Shown here: positions 1-8,367 of the stretch, one piece after another
How the letters are laid out: every line of letters starts with the position of its first letter
How positions within the stretch are numbered: the first letter of the stretch is position 1
NCBI GenBank assembly: GCA_964547855.1
Contig: CAZJPG010000004.1
Span: forward strand, 1 to 54,050
Origin: an uncultured Gammaproteobacteria bacterium
Lineage (GTDB): Bacteria > Patescibacteriota > Patescibacteriia > Patescibacteriales > WJLG01
DNA length: 54,050 nt
Reading direction: 5' to 3'
The notes under the pieces: generated by a model
Told to the model about the DNA's origin: nothing
Database searches by the model: none
The model's input: only the letters and a program-made list of their open reading frames with translations
Made by a program: the position numbers and the translations under genes

Positions 1-1
1 G

Positions 2-652
2 GTGAAGGAAAAAATTATTAGCATAAAAGAGAAGATAGCAAAATATAAAAAAAATAAAGAAATAATTTCTAAAACACAAGAAGATTTGTTGAGTGAACTT
101 ATTGTTAAGCTCGATTATTTGGAATTAAAATTTTTTAAAATAAAAGAAATTATTACTGTTTTAACTGGAGATATGAGTATTTTTAAGCTTAATCAAGATA
201 CCGGAGTGGTTTCTTTTAATGGGGTTGATATTTTAAAATTAAACAGAGCTAATCTAGACAAGCCAGTTGTTCAGGGAAATATTTCTGAAGGTTATTTTAA
301 AGACTGTGATGATTTTATGTATAGCAAGGAAAAAAGGAATAAGCAGAAAGAGCTAGAAATGCTTACAGAGGAATATTATCAAATAGCTCATAGGATTGGT
401 CATATAATTATTAAACTCCCTGGTTTAAAAAGTTTTGATTTTAAAGAAATTTCAATAATTAGAAATAACTTAATAGAGCATCCTGAAGGCAAGAATAGTA
501 TGGTGATGGTAAATTCTTTTTCGTATTCTAGATTGGACGGACCAGTTATAAAAGGGATTAGAATTAATAATCAATTAAATCATTTAGATAAGGGCTTGTA
601 TCTGAATAATGAGAGGTTTTTAAATGAAATAGAAAAAGTTTTTGTTTTATGA
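2..652 (+). CDS. Hypothetical protein, possibly HEPN-like (5' end may be truncated by the window)
   Basis: AT-rich ORF; contains RNNLIEH (R-x5-H) after a helical EEYYQIAHRIGHII segment; stop overlaps the next ATG. Confidence 0.6.
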   Translation: MKEKIISIKEKIAKYKKNKEIISKTQEDLLSELIVKLDYLELKFFKIKEIITVLTGDMSIFKLNQDTGVVSFNGVDILKLNRANLDKPVVQGNISEGYFKDCDDFMYSKEKRNKQKELEMLTEEYYQIAHRIGHIIIKLPGLKSFDFKEISIIRNNLIEHPEGKNSMVMVNSFSYSRLDGPVIKGIRINNQLNHLDKGLYLNNERFLNEIEKVFVL

Positions 653-1197
653 AAAGAGTTTATGTTATACATGGCTGGGGCGCCAACCCAAGTTGTAATT
701 GGTTCCCATGGCTTAGACAGGAGCTTGAGAATAAGGGGGCGGAAGTCTTCGTTCCAGAGATGCCGAACACTAATTATCCGCAATGCAAAGAATGGGTCGA
801 GAATCTTAGGGTGTTGATAGGTGAGCCGAATTCCGACACAATCCTAGTCGGGCATAGTTTGGGCACGGCGACGATCTTGAGGTATTTGGAGTCGTTAAAA
901 GAAGGCGAGTCCGTGGGCGAGGTATTCTTGGTGGCCGCCGCCGACGCTAACCCTGGTTTTCCGGAGGTCGAAAGTTTCGTTTCGACTCCGCCGGACTATG
1001 AAAAGATAAAGAAGGGGGCCAAATCGTTCACTGTCATTCATAGCGACGACGATCCGGTCGTGCCATTCGAGATGGGCCAGCGTTTAGCCAAAGGGTTGGG
1101 TGCGGAATTCATCCCTTTGTCAGGCTTGGGACATTTGAATGCTGGCGAGGGATACGGCGAGTTCGATTTACTACTCAATAGGATAATAAAATCTTGA
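649..1197 (+). CDS. RBBP9/YdeN-family alpha/beta serine hydrolase
   Basis: IHGW, GHSLG nucleophile elbow, HSDDDPVVP (Asp), GHLN (His). Confidence 0.9.
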   Translation: MKRVYVIHGWGANPSCNWFPWLRQELENKGAEVFVPEMPNTNYPQCKEWVENLRVLIGEPNSDTILVGHSLGTATILRYLESLKEGESVGEVFLVAAADANPGFPEVESFVSTPPDYEKIKKGAKSFTVIHSDDDPVVPFEMGQRLAKGLGAEFIPLSGLGHLNAGEGYGEFDLLLNRIIKS

Positions 1198-1263
1198 AGT
1201 GATGGAAAAAATCGCCCAAAATTTTGCATGACGAAAGAATCTTCGCCGTTTATGCCTTAAGAT

Positions 1264-1300
1264 AAAAAAAGAACGAGAGCCTGTAAAAAGCTCTCGTTTT
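1264..1300. terminator. Bidirectional intrinsic terminator
   Basis: aacgagagc/gctctcgtt stem flanked by A- and T-tracts between convergent genes. Confidence 0.8.
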
Positions 1301-1325
1301 AGTTTTGTACAAAAAGGCTGTAGCG

Positions 1326-1913
1326 TCAGAAATCGAGGTAGGCGCTCAATTCGCCGACCGGTTCTTTGGCCTGAAAGTCGTAGAACGCTATCGGTTCAAG
1401 ACTTAGCGGTGTTCCCGGTATGGTCAAATTGGCTCCGCCTCCGGCTCTCCAGGTCGGTCCAAGGCGATATGTCTTGAGTTCCGGCTTGAGCCAGTCATTG
1501 GCCTTATATGCGGCACAGAAATACAAATAATCATTGTCATCATCGCCGCTGGCGCCATATTCATACCAGCCGTAAAGCGAGAAGTCTTTGATCGTCAGCG
1601 ATCCATCCGCAGCAATACGCCACCAGCCATCGGCCGTCTCGACTCCGCCGTAAACGGTGAAGCAGAACATCGACGAGGGGTAGAAGCATATTCCACCAAC
1701 ACCTTCGGCCCAGCCTTCCAGGACATACCCGAAAGCATTGAAACCGACCAGCGAGCCGGAGTCGCGATGGGTGACGAACACCCAGGTTTGCGGGGCCACC
1801 TGGTCGCTCTTTGTCACGACATCTCTGGCCATGAACTGGATGGTGTTCTGAGAGCTGGCCGAGGCTACGACCAACAAGACGACAAGCGACAGTCCGCGAA
1901 GGGAAAGTCTCAC
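1326..1913 (-). CDS. Secreted hypothetical protein, beta-barrel-like
   Basis: GTG start with AAGGAGG SD; N-terminal signal peptide; alternating aromatic/Gly beta-strand pattern; C-terminal ELSAYLDF. Confidence 0.7.
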   Translation of the reverse strand: MRLSLRGLSLVVLLVVASASSQNTIQFMARDVVTKSDQVAPQTWVFVTHRDSGSLVGFNAFGYVLEGWAEGVGGICFYPSSMFCFTVYGGVETADGWWRIAADGSLTIKDFSLYGWYEYGASGDDDNDYLYFCAAYKANDWLKPELKTYRLGPTWRAGGGANLTIPGTPLSLEPIAFYDFQAKEPVGELSAYLDF

Positions 1914-1976
1914 AGGGTCCTCCTTGAAAAAAGGTTGATGTTTTTGTTTGGTTTACTGCACTTAAAAGAACCGTTG

Positions 1977-2005
1977 ATAATATCATAAAAATATTTTTTT
2001 GTCAA
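1977..2005 (-). promoter_or_regulatory. Sigma70-type promoter for the 1326..1913 gene
   Basis: Minus strand TTGACA-17 bp-TATTAT with TG extension; coordinates approximate. Confidence 0.65.
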
Positions 2006-2112
2006 TATTGGCAAAGATGCCTCCTTGGTCGTTCTTGAAGACATGTTTAGGTCTTCGACAGTCACTCAAAGTGTGCTAAAATATAAGAAGTTATCAATAA
2101 AATTCAAATAAA

Positions 2113-4812
2113 ATGAACAACGAAATATTCGCTCAAAGAGAGAAAAAATTAGATAAGATATTTAACCCAGGAGCAGTTGCGGTCATTGGCGCCTCTGACC
2201 GCCAAGGAGGTGTAGGCAATGCCCTGATGAAGAATCTTATCGGCAATGGTTTCCAAGGTATTATCTATCCAGTGAATCCAGTTCGCGAGAGCGTGCAGGG
2301 CATCAAGGCCTATCCGAGGATCGGCGATATTCCTGATAAAATAGATTTAGCTTTGATCGCCACTCCGGCCTCGACCGTTCCGGCGATAGTTGAGGAGTGT
2401 GGACAGGCTGGCGTATCTGGAATCATAATCATCTCTTCCGGTTTCGATGAGATCGGTGAAAAAGGGCATGAAATGACCGAGCAGATCATGGAGACGGCGA
2501 AAAATTATGGCATGCGCATCATTGGTCCTAATTGTCTTGGATTCATTCGCCCATCTATAAATCTTAATGCCAGTTTTGCTAATAAAATGGCCCTGCCTGG
2601 GCACATCGCCTTTATCTCGCAGTCTGGCGCTTTGTGCACTTCGATTCTGGACTGGTCGGTAAAGAACAATGTTGGCTTCTCTCATTTCGTCTCAATAGGT
2701 TCGGCTTGCGATATAACTTATCACGACTTGATCGATTATTTCGGCGAAGACCCTAACACTGAAAGTATCTTGGTGTATATGGAGTCATTGAAAGAGGCGC
2801 GCAAGTTCATGTCCGCCGCTCGAGCCTTTTCGCGCCATAAGCCGATCGTCATTTTGAAAGTCGGTCGCACTGCTGAAGGTTCACGCGCCGCTAAATCTCA
2901 TACTGGTGCCCTGACTGGTAATGACGCTGTCTATGATGCGGCCTTCGAGCGTGCCGGCATTATTCGCGTGGACGGCGCTTTGGAATTGTTTCATGTGGCC
3001 AAGGCTCTGGCTATGCAGAAGCGTCCGGCAGACAATCGCGTGGCCGTCATTACTAATGCTGGCGGTCCTGGTGTCATAGCCACAGATTTTTTGTCTATAC
3101 GTGGCGGGCGCCTGGCGGAGTTATCTAAAACAACGATCTCTAAATTGAAGAAAATATTACCAGCATCAGCTTCGACTAATAATCCAGTCGATATTTTGGG
3201 CGATGCCGATCCGCAGCGCTATCGTCAAGCCGTCGAGCTATGCCTTAATGATGATGGCGTGGATGCCGCTCTGGTCATTTTGACGCCGCAAGAAATGACC
3301 GATCCGACCGATGTGGCCCGTGAGATAGTCGCCATTAAAAACAAAAAAGGCAAGACCATGTTCGCTTCTTGGATGGGCGGCGATGACGTAGCTGAGGGTC
3401 GCGCCATTTTAGAGAAGGGTAACATACCGATCTACCGTACCCCGGAGGAGGCTATTAATATCTTTATGTATGTTGATAGCTACGCTAAGCGTTTAGAATT
3501 TTTGAAGGAGACTCCGGCCTCTATTCCGCATGCTTTTAAGCCTAAGACCGAAAAGAATCGTCAGATAATAGAAAGCATCGCCGAGACTGGACGCTCTGTT
3601 TTGACCGAGGACGAATCGAAGGAGCTTTTATCGAATTATGGTATACCGGTCGCCAAGAATGGACGAGCGACTTCGGCCGAAGAATCTGGTCGGATATCAG
3701 AATTGATCGGTTTCCCGGTGGTCATGAAAATTTTGTCGCCGGATATACTACATAAGACGGATGTTGGAGGGGTCAAGTTGAATATAAATAGTAAATCCGA
3801 AGCTGAAAAAGCCTATAAAGATATAACGGCTGGTGCCAAAAAACACGCACCGAAGGCTAAGATCGATGGCGTATTCATCGAAGCTATGACCCGTAAGCGC
3901 TATGAGCTTTTGATCGGTTGTAAGAAGGACGAGGTCTTTGGTCCAGCTATAGTTTTCGGCATGGGTGGTGTGGCTGTCGAAGTGTTTAAGGACACTAAGG
4001 TCGGATTACCGCCATTGAACATGTCGCTAGCACTCAAAATGCTCAAGAGTACTAAGGTGTATCGTTTGTTAGAAGGATATCGCGGTATGCCGGGCGTAGA
4101 TATCGAAGCCATCCAATTTTTGTTATACAAGTTCGCTTATTTAGTGACGGATTTTCCAGAAATAAAAGAACTCGACATCAATCCGTTTTCGGTCGATGAG
4201 AAAGGTGGTGTTGTTTTGGATGCGAAAGTCATCCTTGACGAAAGAGTTCTTGGCGTTAAACATAAACCGTATTCGCATTTAGTCATCTCTCCGTACCCCA
4301 AAGAATATGAAACGGATTTTATACTGAAAAAGAGTAAGAAGAAGGTTTCGATAAGACCGATAAAACCGGAGGATGAGCCGCAAGAAGAAGGGTTATTTAA
4401 ATATCTATCGGCCGAGACTTTGAAGCAAAGATTCTTGTCTTCGTTTAAGGGTGTGACGCGCGAGATGTTGGAAAGATTCACTCAAATAGATTATGATCGC
4501 GAGGTTGCCTTGGCTGCAGAGATGACGGATAAAGGTAAAAAGATATTCATTGGCGTAGTGCGCTTAACGTCTGATCCTTACAATGAGACCGCTCATCTTT
4601 CTTTTGTCGTCGCCGATCCTTGGCAAAAACAAGGATTAGGCGGTAAGTTTTTGGATTATATTTTGGAGCTTGCCAAGGAGCGCGGCGTTAAGAAAGTTTG
4701 GACTAGGTTGCTTCCTGGCAATAAGGTGGCAGCTAATATGTTCGAGAAGCGTAATTTCAAGATCGAGAAAAAAGGATCTTATTTGGTCGCAGAATTAGAG
4801 TTGGAGGAATAA
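2113..4812 (+). CDS. Acetate--CoA ligase (ADP-forming) alpha+beta fusion with C-terminal GNAT domain
   Basis: CoA-binding domain (AVIGAS...YPVNP), GPNCLG, SQSGA, SHTGAL catalytic His, TNAGGPG, ATP-grasp (HKTDVGGV), GNAT (VADPWQKQGLG). Confidence 0.92.
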   Translation: MNNEIFAQREKKLDKIFNPGAVAVIGASDRQGGVGNALMKNLIGNGFQGIIYPVNPVRESVQGIKAYPRIGDIPDKIDLALIATPASTVPAIVEECGQAGVSGIIIISSGFDEIGEKGHEMTEQIMETAKNYGMRIIGPNCLGFIRPSINLNASFANKMALPGHIAFISQSGALCTSILDWSVKNNVGFSHFVSIGSACDITYHDLIDYFGEDPNTESILVYMESLKEARKFMSAARAFSRHKPIVILKVGRTAEGSRAAKSHTGALTGNDAVYDAAFERAGIIRVDGALELFHVAKALAMQKRPADNRVAVITNAGGPGVIATDFLSIRGGRLAELSKTTISKLKKILPASASTNNPVDILGDADPQRYRQAVELCLNDDGVDAALVILTPQEMTDPTDVAREIVAIKNKKGKTMFASWMGGDDVAEGRAILEKGNIPIYRTPEEAINIFMYVDSYAKRLEFLKETPASIPHAFKPKTEKNRQIIESIAETGRSVLTEDESKELLSNYGIPVAKNGRATSAEESGRISELIGFPVVMKILSPDILHKTDVGGVKLNINSKSEAEKAYKDITAGAKKHAPKAKIDGVFIEAMTRKRYELLIGCKKDEVFGPAIVFGMGGVAVEVFKDTKVGLPPLNMSLALKMLKSTKVYRLLEGYRGMPGVDIEAIQFLLYKFAYLVTDFPEIKELDINPFSVDEKGGVVLDAKVILDERVLGVKHKPYSHLVISPYPKEYETDFILKKSKKKVSIRPIKPEDEPQEEGLFKYLSAETLKQRFLSSFKGVTREMLERFTQIDYDREVALAAEMTDKGKKIFIGVVRLTSDPYNETAHLSFVVADPWQKQGLGGKFLDYILELAKERGVKKVWTRLLPGNKVAANMFEKRNFKIEKKGSYLVAELELEE

Positions 4813-4818
4813 TGGAAG

Positions 4819-4844
4819 GCTGATTATTTTTAAAAATAATCAGC
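4819..4844. repeat. Perfect 26-bp palindrome
   Basis: gctgattatttttaaaaataatcagc equals its own reverse complement. Confidence 0.9.
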
Positions 4845-4848
4845 ATAG

Positions 4849-4876
4849 TATTCAATATTCACTATTCGCTATTCAA
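4849..4876 (+). repeat. Heptamer tandem repeat (TATTCNN x4)
   Basis: tattcaa tattcac tattcgc tattcaa, ending 1 nt before the ATG at 4878. Confidence 0.8.
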
Positions 4877-4877
4877 A

Positions 4878-6644
4878 ATGTTTTTGGATAAATTTAAAAA
4901 AAATCTACCAGGTTTGATTTTGGTATTATTCTTAGTGGTTGGTTTTACCGTCTACGCCAACTCTTTCAATAACGGATTTTTTTGGGACGACGATGATTTG
5001 ATAACTAATAATGTCTTTGTCCAAAGATTTGATATTGTTAAATTCTTCACTAAGAACGAGATAGCTGGTGTTGGTCAGGTCAGTAATTATTGGCGCCCTT
5101 TGCTTTTGGTGTCGTTCGCCATTGATTATAAACTGTGGGGACTTCATCCGATCGGCTTTCATCTTACTAATACTTTATTGCACGTATCGAATGCCTGGCT
5201 ATTGTTTTTAATTTTTGGATTTTTGATATCGTCGCGACTGAATAGGCGTGAGGGATGGGTCTTGTCTTTTTTGGCGGCATTATTATTTCTGATTCATCCC
5301 TTGCAAACTGAAGCCGTAACTTATGTTTCGGGGCGAGGCGATCCCTTATCGACTCTATTTTCTTTGTTGTCCATAGGTGCTTATATTGTCTTCCGGGAAA
5401 AGAATAAAGTCTGGTCGTATGTATTGGCAATAGTTTTCTTGATTGCTGGGCTGTTGATGAAAGAGCAGGTTGTTTTTTTGCCTTTACTGTTTGTCTTGCT
5501 GGAATTCGTTTTTTATCGCGAGGACAATATAAAGAAAAGTGCTTTGTCTTGGTTAAGGTCGCTTTGGCCTTTTTTCGCTGTTTCGGTCATCTATGTCATT
5601 CTGCGCCTAACTATCTTTAATTTTAATGATTTGCTTTCCGGTGTAGATGGTCAGGTGGGGGATTATTCACAAGCTAATGTTTGGCAGAGGGTACTGACAT
5701 TTTCTTCGGTCATGCTGTCATACTTTAAGCTTCTGTTTATCCCGACTGGATTGCATATGGCTCGCGAGGTCGAGACAGTAAAGTCTGTGCTTTCTTGGCC
5801 GGTGGGCATTTTTTTATTTTTAGTCATCGGATTGTCTTGCTTATCTTTTAAACTCTGGAAAAAGGAAAAGTTGATCGCCTTTGGCCTGCTATGGTTTGCG
5901 GTCATATTATTGCCACGTACTAATATTATCGCCATCAATCGCCCGATGTACGAGCACTGGCTTTATTTGCCGATGTTCGGTTTTTGGCTAGCTGTACTCT
6001 CTATTTTTTGTTTATTTCATGAGAGTCTAAGGTCAATTAAAGCTAAAAATGTTTTTAAGGTTTTTTGTATTGTTATTTTTTCTTTTTTCATTTTTCTTTT
6101 TTCATCCTTGACTGTGTTAAGGAATATTGATTGGCGCGATCCGATAACATTTTATGAAAAGAATTTGTCATATACCCCGAATAATTATATTCAGCTTAAT
6201 AATTTGGCCATGGCCTATGCCGATGTCGGACGAAATAGCGACGCGATAGAGACCTATAGGAAAAGCTTGGCCATTGCCGATATCTATCCTCAAGTACATC
6301 ATAATTTAGCCAATAGCTTGGCGGCGATTGGTTCATCGACCGAGGCGGAGGCTGAATATCGCAGAGCGATCGAAATGAGCCCTGAATTCTACCAGGCTTA
6401 TATTAACCTGATCACAATACTGGTCGGAGAGGGGAGGATAGATGATGCAAAGCAGGTTTTAGGCGAGGCAGAGGGGGTTTTTGCCGATATTGCCGATTTC
6501 TGGTATCTTAAGGGAGTGATTTATTATAGCTTCGGGGAGTTTGACGAGGCTTTATCAGCCATGAAAAGAGCAGCGTCTTTAAATCCAAAAAATGAAGAAT
6601 ATCAGGAAATCATAACTAATCTTAGCTTAAACAAAGACAAATGA
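4878..6644 (+). CDS. TMTC-like GT-C membrane glycosyltransferase with C-terminal TPRs
   Basis: FFWDD lumenal acidic motif, YWRPL, HPLQTEAVTYVSGRGD, EHWLYLP, W-D-ITFYE then TPR repeats. Confidence 0.8.
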   Translation: MFLDKFKKNLPGLILVLFLVVGFTVYANSFNNGFFWDDDDLITNNVFVQRFDIVKFFTKNEIAGVGQVSNYWRPLLLVSFAIDYKLWGLHPIGFHLTNTLLHVSNAWLLFLIFGFLISSRLNRREGWVLSFLAALLFLIHPLQTEAVTYVSGRGDPLSTLFSLLSIGAYIVFREKNKVWSYVLAIVFLIAGLLMKEQVVFLPLLFVLLEFVFYREDNIKKSALSWLRSLWPFFAVSVIYVILRLTIFNFNDLLSGVDGQVGDYSQANVWQRVLTFSSVMLSYFKLLFIPTGLHMAREVETVKSVLSWPVGIFLFLVIGLSCLSFKLWKKEKLIAFGLLWFAVILLPRTNIIAINRPMYEHWLYLPMFGFWLAVLSIFCLFHESLRSIKAKNVFKVFCIVIFSFFIFLFSSLTVLRNIDWRDPITFYEKNLSYTPNNYIQLNNLAMAYADVGRNSDAIETYRKSLAIADIYPQVHHNLANSLAAIGSSTEAEAEYRRAIEMSPEFYQAYINLITILVGEGRIDDAKQVLGEAEGVFADIADFWYLKGVIYYSFGEFDEALSAMKRAASLNPKNEEYQEIITNLSLNKDK

Positions 6645-8278
6645 TAGGTAAATTTTTTAATAAAGGGATAAACAGTGTGACCGTGGCGGCCATAATAATC
6701 GCCATGTCCTCTTTGGTTAGTCGTCTTTTGGGAATACTTCGCGACAGAATATTGGCCGGAGAATTTGGGGCCGGACAGACGCTTGATGTCTATTATGCCG
6801 CTTTCCGTTTGCCAGATTTAATTTTTAACATCGTCGTCATGGGGGCTTTGACCGCCGGTCTTGTGCCTGTGTTTACAGGACTTATCAATGATTGGAAAGA
6901 CGGTCGCCCTAATCTTTTTAGCGATGGGAACAAGAAGGCCTGGGAGCTTATAGACAATTTAATTAATTTGATGTTTTTGGTGTTGTTGGTCTTTTGTTTT
7001 TTAGGCATCGTTTTCGCCGATCAATTGATGAGCTTGATGGCTCCTGGCTTTTCTTTGGAGGCCAAACATGAGTGCGCGTCTTTGACTCGTATAATGTTCC
7101 TTTCGCCGATGTTCTTGAGTCTGTCAGGTGTTTTTAGTGGTATCTTGCAATCCTTCCGTCGTTTTTTTCTGTATTCGCTCGCACCGATACTTTATAATGT
7201 CGGCATAATCGTGGGTGCACTTTTTTTCGTTCCAACTTTTGGAATAAAGGGTTTGGCCTGGGGTGTCGTCTTGGGTGCGGCCATGCACATGGCCATACAG
7301 ATCCCGGGTGTGGCAGCTTTGGGCTATAGATATCGTCCGTTGATAAATTTTAAGGATAAAAGTCTGCGTAAGATAGTAAAGATGATGGTCCCTCGAACAT
7401 TGACATTAGTCGTGACTCAATTTAATTTTATGGCCGTCACCATAATCGCCACCGGACTTTCGGCTGGTTCTTTGGCGATCTTTAATTTGGCTAACAATCT
7501 TCAGTCTTTCCCGATAGGTATTTTCGGTATATCGTTCGCCGTGGCTGCCTTCCCAATATTGTCGGCAGCCGCTGGCAGGACAGACAAATTGATCAAGCAT
7601 TTTTCTAATACTTTTCGTCAGATATTATTTTTTATCGTGCCGTCGACTATCTTGCTGCTGATCTTAAGAGCCCAAGTCACTCGCATAATATTGGGCAGCG
7701 GTAACTTTGACTGGGAGGACACGATGCTTACTTTTGATACTTTAGGATTGTTCTCGATCAGTTTATTTGCCCAGGCGACCATTCCTTTGTTGATGAGAGT
7801 CTTTTATGCTCGTCATGACTCTAAGACTCCGTTCATTTGGGGAATGGTCTCAGTAGTGGCTAATATCGCCATGGCTTTGTATTTTGTTAGCCACAAGGGC
7901 GTGCTTGGTTTAGCTCTATCCTTCTCTTTGTCTAGTATTTTGAATTTTATACTTCTTTGGCTTTCCTTGCATAAAGTCCTTGGGTCAATGGATGAGGATC
8001 GAGTACTCGTCTCTACTGTAAAATTCTCTTTGGCTGGCGTTGCTGGCGGCTTCGTAGCTCAGTCCATGAAACATGCCATTGAGCCTTTTGTCGGCACTTC
8101 TCATTTTGTTGGGCTTTTGGCGCAAACCGCAGCCTCTGGGATATTGGGTTTGGCCGTTTACTTCTTGGTCTGTTATTTGTTGCGCAGTGAGGAGATGATG
8201 GCGTTTTGGGCATCGGTCAAGAGCCGCTTAATAAAGCTTTGGGGACGCAGCCGAATGGTGAATATGGAGAACGTCTAA
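6641..8278 (+). CDS. murJ: Lipid II flippase MurJ (MviN)
   Basis: SRLLGILRD, DVYYAAFRLPD, FYARHDSKTP, many TM helices. Confidence 0.93.
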   Translation: MIGKFFNKGINSVTVAAIIIAMSSLVSRLLGILRDRILAGEFGAGQTLDVYYAAFRLPDLIFNIVVMGALTAGLVPVFTGLINDWKDGRPNLFSDGNKKAWELIDNLINLMFLVLLVFCFLGIVFADQLMSLMAPGFSLEAKHECASLTRIMFLSPMFLSLSGVFSGILQSFRRFFLYSLAPILYNVGIIVGALFFVPTFGIKGLAWGVVLGAAMHMAIQIPGVAALGYRYRPLINFKDKSLRKIVKMMVPRTLTLVVTQFNFMAVTIIATGLSAGSLAIFNLANNLQSFPIGIFGISFAVAAFPILSAAAGRTDKLIKHFSNTFRQILFFIVPSTILLLILRAQVTRIILGSGNFDWEDTMLTFDTLGLFSISLFAQATIPLLMRVFYARHDSKTPFIWGMVSVVANIAMALYFVSHKGVLGLALSFSLSSILNFILLWLSLHKVLGSMDEDRVLVSTVKFSLAGVAGGFVAQSMKHAIEPFVGTSHFVGLLAQTAASGILGLAVYFLVCYLLRSEEMMAFWASVKSRLIKLWGRSRMVNMENV

Positions 8279-8308
8279 TGTTTTTATTTCTAAAGCAGGG
8301 TAAGTAGA

Positions 8309-8337
8309 TTGACTACTAGGAAGAAAACCTTTAATAT
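8309..8337 (+). promoter_or_regulatory. Candidate sigma70 promoter for lepA
   Basis: TTGACT-17 bp-TAATAT. Confidence 0.45.
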
Positions 8338-8367
8338 TAGAAGATAAAGGTCAAAAAGACCTTTTTA

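Noticed and set aside
1561-1986. Alternative ORFs overlapping 1326..1913
   Set aside because: Shadow frames; only 1326..1913 has an SD, a signal peptide and a coherent composition
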